This document shows positions 56,476 to 64,000 of a DNA stretch of 64,000 bases, piece after piece (position 1 is the stretch's first letter; the number at the start of each line of letters is the position of its first letter). Location of the stretch: assembly GCA_013265495.1 (NCBI GenBank), contig MU057809.1:374001-438000 (forward strand), in the 5' to 3' direction. This DNA is from Vicugna vicugna (Eukaryota). The position numbers and the translations under genes were made by a program. The notes beneath the pieces are model-generated. The model was not told where the DNA came from and ran no database searches. It saw only the letters and a list, made by a program, of their open reading frames with translations.

Positions 56476-58287
56476 GTTTCAACAGGTGGACGACACTTCT
56501 TTTGGTGACAGAGAAACATGGGATCTGGGGCGCTGGGGAGGGGCGGGGTCCTGAGAGCAGTTCTAAGGGGTGCAGCTGCCCTTGGGGGCCCCTTCCCCAC
56601 TCCTGGGAGGCCGCCCAAGCTCACGCAGCAAGTAAGCTTCGGGGCCGGGCTGGAATTGCCACAGGGACACCCTGGGTTCCCTCTGGGTCCCCAGGCCTGT
56701 CCTGAGCCTGGTCACCCCCTTTTGGCCAGATGGGGCAGTTTTGGCCAAACAGAGGCTGAGAGCTGCCAGGGGTTTGAGCTTTTCAAGAGAAGCCAGAGAT
56801 CTAGACTAGCTTATGGAGTCTCCTGATTGCCAAGAGTCGGCAGCTGTTTCAAAAAGGTTAAAAAAATACCACAGAGGCCAAAAATCTGTTGGCCAGGTTC
56901 ACCTATAACAGGCTCGGTTTGCAAGTTCTGGTCTCGACGAAGAAGCGGTGCTTTCCCACTGCCGGGAGCAGCCCTGGGCGCTCACCGTCAGGCACGGGTT
57001 TGCCTGACGAGGACGCGCCTGCGGCTGTCTGTCCTTCGCCCAGTCCACCGGCCTCACTGTGACGCCCTCGGCTCACCCGGGCCAGGGTGAGCACCCGCCT
57101 CGGCCGGGGGGAGGGGCTGAGACCCGCCTGCCCCCGCCCCCGCCGTGTCCTCCGGCACCCCAGCCTTCGAGGGGACCGGGCCGCCTGACTCCTGCCAGCG
57201 CGGTGCGTCTGTGCCCGCGTCTCTGCCCGCTGCCGCCGGCGCTGGTGTGATTTTACTCTGTACTTTCAACTACAGCAAGATAAATGGGCGCAATTACACG
57301 GCTCCCAGACTGGGACCGTGTGGCCTGGCATATGTGGGGCCAGCCTAAGCAGAAACCCAAACGCCTCTCCCGCCCGAACTCCACCTCCGAGCCGCACCTC
57401 CGTTCCCGCACGGACAGCTGGCGAATCACCAGCTGAGCTGCGCTGTCTTTACTTCTAGGACAGAAAGTGATAAAAACGCACGTTTAACGAGCATGTAGCT
57501 GTTCTACAGGGGCCGGGGAAACCTGGGGAGACCTGAGTTCCACTGCATGTTCAGAGCTCAAACGAAGCCCAGGCCAGGGCTGCGGCCGGTGGCCCAGCAG
57601 CCAGGTAGGTGCACACGTGGGGCCGGCAGGTTTGGGCCCGTTTGTGGCTTTGACAAGTCTGGTCCTTGTAAATCTGACCCGAGTTTCTCTGCCTGTGAAG
57701 TGGGATCTCCTGCTCCCAGTCTTGAGGGGCCACCTGTAGGGTGTAGCCTACAGAGGCTGGAGACACCCTGATGAGAGCTGGAAATCCTCGCTCCTGAGAA
57801 GTGACAAGCAGGTGGCACTTGGCAACAATGTCTGGGCGTCCCAAAGCTCTGGGTGTGATAGTCACGCAGGTAGGCACCCTCGTGGACCCTAGGCCTTCAC
57901 CTTGCTGGCTATGGCCAAGACCCAGCATGTGCCCACCTATGGATGAGCAGCTGAGGTGTCCTGAAGAGAGGGATGGCCTGAGGCCCCGCAGAGTGGGGAC
58001 ACAGCCAGCGTTCCTGCCCCTGGCCTCCCCGAGTCCCAGCACCCCAGCCCCCGGGGCTCGTCAGCTCCCCTGCCCATGCTGTGGGGGCTCTCGGGGGCCC
58101 AGCATCCTATGCTGCCGTCTCTGTTGGGTCTCTGGGGACGGTTGGAGGGTTTGGGTGAACCTCTCAGATATTGACCAGATTCACAGGTTCTCCCCCAAGG
58201 TAGGAGGTGCTCGCAGAAGGATGCCAGGCCCCAGGTCCCAGCACCCCCCGCCTGCCCAGCAGCCCCGAGAGGGAGGCAGAGGGGGAG

Positions 58288-58390
58288 TTATGGCCCCCAT
58301 GTGCAGATGAAGAAACTGAGGCTCAGAAAGGGTAGGTGACTCAGTTCATTTGTGCAGCTGACTTGGGGCCAGGCACTGGGGAACCCATGT
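58288..58390 (-). mobile_element. MIR fragment (probably followed by L2 pieces to ~58920)
   Basis: CCCCATGTGCAGATGAAGAAACTGAGGCTCAGAAAGGGTAGGTGACT. Confidence 0.7.
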
Positions 58391-60157
58391 GTAGGTGTGG
58401 AGAAGGGGCTGCCTGCTTGGGGAGCACAGGGGGAGCTGGACCCCAGCCCTGCCCACCCCCTGGGCCTCCTGCCCTTCACTCAGCAGCCCTGCCAGGCCAG
58501 GTGTAGGAGTGAGTAGAGCAGACAAAGCCCCTGGGCTCACAAGTGGACACACTTGATAATACTGGGTGGTTCCAGGTGCTGAGCTCCCAGGTGCTGAGTG
58601 GGAAATAAAATTGAGGGTGAGGGATAGGGATTGCCCAGGGTGTCAGAGAGGACCTGTGGGAGGAGGTGACACATGGACAGACACAGACATTATGCGAACT
58701 GGGGAGAAGCCCTCCAGGCAGAAAAGACAGCAAGTGCAAAGGCCCTGGGGCTGGCCTGTGCCCGAAGTGGGCAGCTGCAGGAGGCTGTGTGGGGAGGGTG
58801 GTGAGATGGGGTGACGGTGGGGACGTGGTTAGGGGGATGGGTCACACTGTGTGAGGTCTGGGGTCTCCTTCCTGGGTCAGTGGGAAGCTGCCAGAGGGCT
58901 TTCAACAGGGGTGACACGTGGCCCAAGAGCCCCGGGGTGAGGCGGGCCAGAGCCAGGACTGGACTCAGAGCCTGGTGAGGAGATGGGCCCAGGGCTTTCT
59001 GCCTGCGAGGCCTCCGGTGGGGCATCCGGCACGCCCACCCCTCTTGAAGTCTCTGTGGAAGGTCACTGTGGCCCCTGTGTGAGGGAGAGCCTACGTGGGG
59101 GGCATTTCTTGAGGATGGTCCAGATCAGGGGCTTCGCAGGATCCCAGGGGGCTGGATTCTTCCTGCACCTGGGTCCCCATGCGTCCAGGCACTCAGTCCC
59201 GTTCCCTTTGACTTGGACGCCATCCTGGGAATCTGGGCTCTCAGGCTCTGGGAAACCCCAGGTCACACCTGGGAGCCCCTCCCCGAGCCCTGCTCCCAAA
59301 GGCCATGGTCCAGTCCAGGGAGCCCAGTTTAGGGAGCTGGTCCTGCGCCACCTCCTCTCCCCGCCCCCTCCCGCTGTGGAGAGGCCCCGGGCAGTGGGGG
59401 TGGGGCACCTAAGCCGGGGGGAGGCTGAAGTCAGCCCCACCCCCGGGGGCTGAGTGGGCAGAGCCCAAGTCCAGTGTGGGGCTTCGGGATAGTTCTGTGC
59501 CAGCCGGGACGCGGGGTCGGGGGCTCACGGTGATTTTACCGCCAGACCTGGCCTGAGCAGAGGAGGCACCTGAGAGCCTGGGGTTCCCTGCCTGGCCCTG
59601 GAGCCTTCCTCCCAGGGCCACCCTGACTCTCAAGGGGACAGCCGGGACTCCGGAGCACAGCTGGCAGGGCCCTGTGGCCGACACCAAAGGGCGCCCGGAG
59701 CCGGCCCTCCTCGCACAGGGAACAAAGGTGGGTGTTGGGGGGCCAGGCACAGCCTGGTCTAGGGGAGACAGGGGCGGGCAGGGCGCTGCTCACCGTGGGT
59801 GCTGAGGCTGGAGCTCTGGCTGCGTCTAGGGGTCGGGGAGGGACCAGGCAGCCCGGGCAGAGGCCTGGGACCCTGGTGGCAGGTCTCAGAGAGGACAGTC
59901 TGGCCGCAGGGCCCTCAGAAAACACCTGCCTGGTTTGTGGAGGGGAAACTGAGTCTGGAGGAGGGACCATGACTAGTCTCCGGACCCTTCTCCATCTCTT
60001 CCTCTCCTCCAAGGGGGCCTCTTCAGAGACCGTGTTCTGGGCTCTGAAGCCTCGGGACACCCACAGGCCGGGTCCGGGCCAGGCTGGGCCCCTCTCCTGC
60101 CCCGCCAGCCCTCGCCAGCTGCCCGCCGGGGCCGCAGGGGAGGTGGCGGCGTTGCCT

Positions 60158-60570
60158 TGATTGTGTCGATGGGAGATGATTTTCAAGGTGAAATTTCTAG
60201 TTCAGTTGAGTCACTTTCGTTCAAGGCAGCGCACAAAATGTCACCCCCGCCCCGTTCCGCGTGCAGTGTGCTGCTCTCCCGTTGCATTTAAATTTACTCC
60301 ACTTTCCCTCCCTGACACCTGTTTAAATCAATATCTTCCTCTCCAGGTCGCGGGGAGAATGTGCCCGGCTCTCCACACAGCGCTTCTCAAATCCACTAAA
60401 ATCAACACAATAATTGAAATATTTTCAAGCTGATTACACCGCAGCCCGAGGCTAGCCTGGTTGCTAAGGGTGAGCTCCGCGGTTGCTAGGGGGAGTAAAT
60501 CATCTTGCATTATTTGATTTTTGTTATAGATATGAAACCGCTACTCCCGCGATTAAATGTCTCTCAGCCT
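60158..60570. promoter_or_regulatory. Candidate enhancer block
   Basis: AT-rich island; AATCAATA, GTAAATCA 60495, two GGTTGCTA half sites. Confidence 0.45.
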
Positions 60571-63500
60571 AACACCTATGGGACCTGGGGAGAGGGGAGA
60601 GGACGGCGCCAACCTTGACCCTGTCAAATAAATACCTCTAACTTTCCTGTCCTCAGGCCTCCCAGCCAAACCTGTCTGCAGGTTTTTTTCTTCCCTGAAC
60701 CTGACTTTAAATAACAAAGCTGTGGGGACCGGGAGATGAAGAGCGGGAAGGCTGTCTGTTCTGCTAACGGCACCGCGCGGACCCCACCATCCTTCCCCGA
60801 CCTGCCCGGATGGCCTCGGGACGAGCCTGCCCGGCCCACTCCCCCTGCCCTAAGCTCAGGCTGGCCGGCCCGGGTGGGCTCGGGGGGACCACGCACCCCT
60901 GCGGGGCTCTCCAGCTGATGGAGGGTGGAGCGCCCAGGACTTGTGTCCCCCGTGACCCCTGCCCGCTTCTGACCCCCTTCTCCCTTGGTGGATTTGACTC
61001 GGACCCCGGCTTTGGCCCGAGCTTGGCCCCAGGGGCCTTGGAGAGAGGCTCAGGTCGCCAGTTCCCGGATGTTGGGACCACAGGGAACAGGTTCAATCTC
61101 CCTCAGATCGCGGGGCAGCAAGACGGAGGCCCAGAGAGTTGGGGACCCTGGGACACGGCTCTCACTGCTAAAGGCAGCCGTGGGGCACCCTCACCCACTG
61201 CTGGCTCTCCCCGGGGACATGGCACTCCCTCCATGCCCCTCCTGCCCTCCCGCCAGGGGGAGCCTCCAGCCTCAAGGCCGCATCCCCCAGCCTGCCCTGG
61301 CCAGCACCCTCAGAAAAGCAGGGGTGCCCCTGGGCAGCCGAGGCTGCACCCGCTGAACTGTAAGAACCTCTGCCCTGAGCCGGCTGCCGGGCGGCAGGTG
61401 GGTGGTGAGGCTGCCGTGCTGGGACCCAGCCAGCTGTTCCCATGAATGAATCTGAGTAAATTAACAAACAGCACACAAACCTGTCAGTTGAATCATTCTT
61501 GATGACTTTAAGTGCCACGCTGGCTGGGCGGGGCCTCACCCCTGCCCCGAAGAGCTGGGGACGGTCCTGGGTGGCACCCCTGGCCCTCTGCCTGCCCTTT
61601 GGGGGCCAGGTTTGGTTCCCAAAGCACTGCTGTCCCTGGGGTCCCAGCTCTGTAGGGCGGCACCCCGTCTGTCTCAGCGCCCACTGCCCAGGCACCCCAA
61701 ACATCCGGGAAGTCCTCGCTGACCGCTGCCACCACCGTCAGGCCACCTGCCCACTCCCGCCTCCACCAGCTCATTACCCGGGATCATGGTGCTTTCTCGT
61801 GTGCTTCCAGCACTCTACAGTTTGCCCTTTCAGCCCCAGGGAGGCGGTCAGTCAGCATGTCCCAGGGCGGTGCAGGTGCTGAGGTGAAGGGAGGCCTCCA
61901 GGGTCACCTGCTGGAGACCAGAGTGGAGCCTGTCCCAGGTCGAGGTGCCGAGGACTGCAACACAGACCCGGAGACTCCTGCCGAGCCCTGTCTTGTCGCT
62001 AGGTGCCCCGTCTCCAGGCCACTGGACCCTGTGTGTGCCCTCCTGGGGGGTCATGTGCTGTGAATGACCACAGGGACGGCCGAGGGGGGAAGGGCTGGGC
62101 AGAGGCTGTGGAATTGTGGAGGGGCCCCGGAGTCCAGCACCTCCCAGCACAGTGGGATCCCTACCCCCAGCCCCGGGGCGTGGTCAGAATGTTCTAGAAT
62201 GTCTGAGGCTTTGTGAGAGGCCTGGGGCCGGGTCGGGGCTGAGGGGACCCCACAGGGAGATGTGGAGTCCTACCTGGATGCCTACATCCAGGGCCACAGC
62301 CCCTCACCCGCCCCTGCTTCAGGCCATCCCTGGGTGGGCCTCCCCTTGCCTCATTCAGAGCATCCTGCCTGGTGCACAGCTTCCATGATGAGCCACTGGG
62401 ACTGGGGAAGCAGCCCGCCCAGGGCTGGCAGGGGGTGTGGAGCTGGAATCCGAATCCGGGCCATGTGGCTCCCACGTCCGCTCTTCCCTCTCCTCCCCTG
62501 GACGCCAGGAGATCCTCGCACCTGGAGATCAGGAGTGACTGGACTCCCGGGGACCTGGCCTCTCGCACTCTCCCCCTTGGGCGGCAGGCGGCAGGGGCCT
62601 CACACTCCTCCACCCGAATGCCCTTGAGTGAGCACCCCGCGGCCTCGGCCTCCTTGGCAACGGCGGGGAATCCCCAGGCAGCACGTGGTCCAGAGTGGGG
62701 ATAGCGCGGAGCAGGCCCTTGATAGTGGTGTGGTTACTCCGTGGTGTCCCCGAAGTCCCAGGGTGCGGACCAGGGATTTTTTTGCGTCTTGGGGGCCTCT
62801 GTCCAAGACTGTCACAGACTTCCCTGGGCAGGGGCCTCATCTGATTCATTGTGTGCCCCCAGCCCAGAGCCCGGCAGAGGTGGCCTCGCTGAATCTTTGC
62901 CGGAAGCACCCAGCAGTGAGAGCTCACACTCTGGTTCATCCAGCTCAGCCTGGGGCCTGAGGTGGCTTCTCTGTCACCTGGTCCAGCCACTCCAGCTGGG
63001 TGGGGGTGGGCTGGCCTGAGGCTCGGTGGCCAGGGATGTGGGGGGGCATCGGCCAGAGGGCACTTGACCTCGAGAAAGGGTCTCAGCTGTAGCATTGGTG
63101 GGGAGCGCTGACTGCTGCAGGCCGGAACGTCTGGGGAGCCTCTGACAGGGTCAGTGTGTTCTAGAGTGTCTGAGGCCTTGGGAAGGAGGTGGGGCAGGGG
63201 CGGGGCTTAAGGGGCCCCACGGAAAGACTGGAGTCCTACCTGGAGGCCCAGCTGATGGGTGTAGATTAGACGCAGCTGAAGGTGATGCGACGTGTCTGGG
63301 GGAGGGTCAGAAGGGGGGGGAGGAGGGTGAGAAAGGACACAGGGCTGAGATGCCAATGGGCCTGCTCTCCAGGAGGAGCCCGGGGCTCTGGCTGTGGACA
63401 GCAGCGTGCCGTGCACTGGGTGGGGGTGCTGGGGAGGGCTAAGACGCCTGTCCCTCCAGCCCACCTCCTCCCCTCCAGGACCTTCACACCCAACTGCAGC

Positions 63501-64000
63501 CGCTCCGTGCTTCCCAGAACTCTCCGGCCACCCTGGTCCTGGCCTCGGAGGATCAGCTCCCAGCTCCCCGAGGGCATCCGGGCCCCTGGGGAGCCCCTCC
63601 TGTTTACCAGGCTGCCACCTCCTGCCCCGCCAGGCCACAGGACCCTCCTTGGCCATCGGCGAAGCCATCTGCCACCAGGGCGGAGAGTCCGGGGCCGGAG
63701 CTGAGGCGACAAGCTGGGGACGTCAGTGCAGTTATCAGCAGAAAGCGACATCTGCCTCCCCGCCGCCGACAAGCGGGGCCACTTAGCCCGTCCCCTCCTC
63801 CCTTTAGCTGCAGACAACGGCTCCCTGTATTATATTTTCTCACTCAATTAGCACTATCATCCTGCTGAAATAGAGGCCAATTTACCTATAATGACATCAT
63901 TGTTAGGGAAGCGGCGGGCGGGGCGGCCCCAGGTTGCCGAGACAGGTCCGTCTCTCTCCACTAACCCTGACAGGCGCGGCCGCCGGGCGGGGAGGCCCCG

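Noticed and set aside
1..64000. CRISPR arrays, rRNA, operons, exons of neighbouring genes (ZFAND2A, MICALL2)
   Set aside because: No repeat-spacer periodicity, rRNA-like sequence or recognisable protein in the other ORFs; small exons or lncRNAs could have been missed by eye.

Overview
Mammalian genomic DNA, probably camelid (five copies of a tRNA-derived SINE resembling Vic-1). It contains one supportable protein-coding gene, the paired-like homeobox gene UNCX (Uncx4.1/unc-4 homolog): + strand, three coding exons (28477-28759, 28992-29167, 31205-32350), 534 aa. The rest looks like a developmental-gene regulatory domain: several CpG islands plus roughly 20 sharply bounded AT-rich, TAAT-dense blocks (candidate enhancers) in very GC-rich DNA, with transposon fragments (L1, L2, MIR, MLT1B-like LTR, SINEs) confined to the flanks. 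A 2214-bp near-identical tandem duplication of the UNCX upstream region (23582-25795 / 25983-28196) lies between N-gaps and is most likely an assembly false duplication. I found no prokaryote-type system (CRISPR, operon, intact mobile element) and cannot claim a new biological system. The best leads are: enhancer-like modules with distinct motif grammars (possible UNCX autoregulation via P3 sites, a K50 TAATCC cluster, a FOX/SOX-studded CpG island), a uORF cluster upstream of the ATG, pure-codon poly-Ala tracts, and strong AT-to-GC drift of transposon fossils on the left side. Repeat families and the human comparison come from memory of consensus sequences, not from searches.
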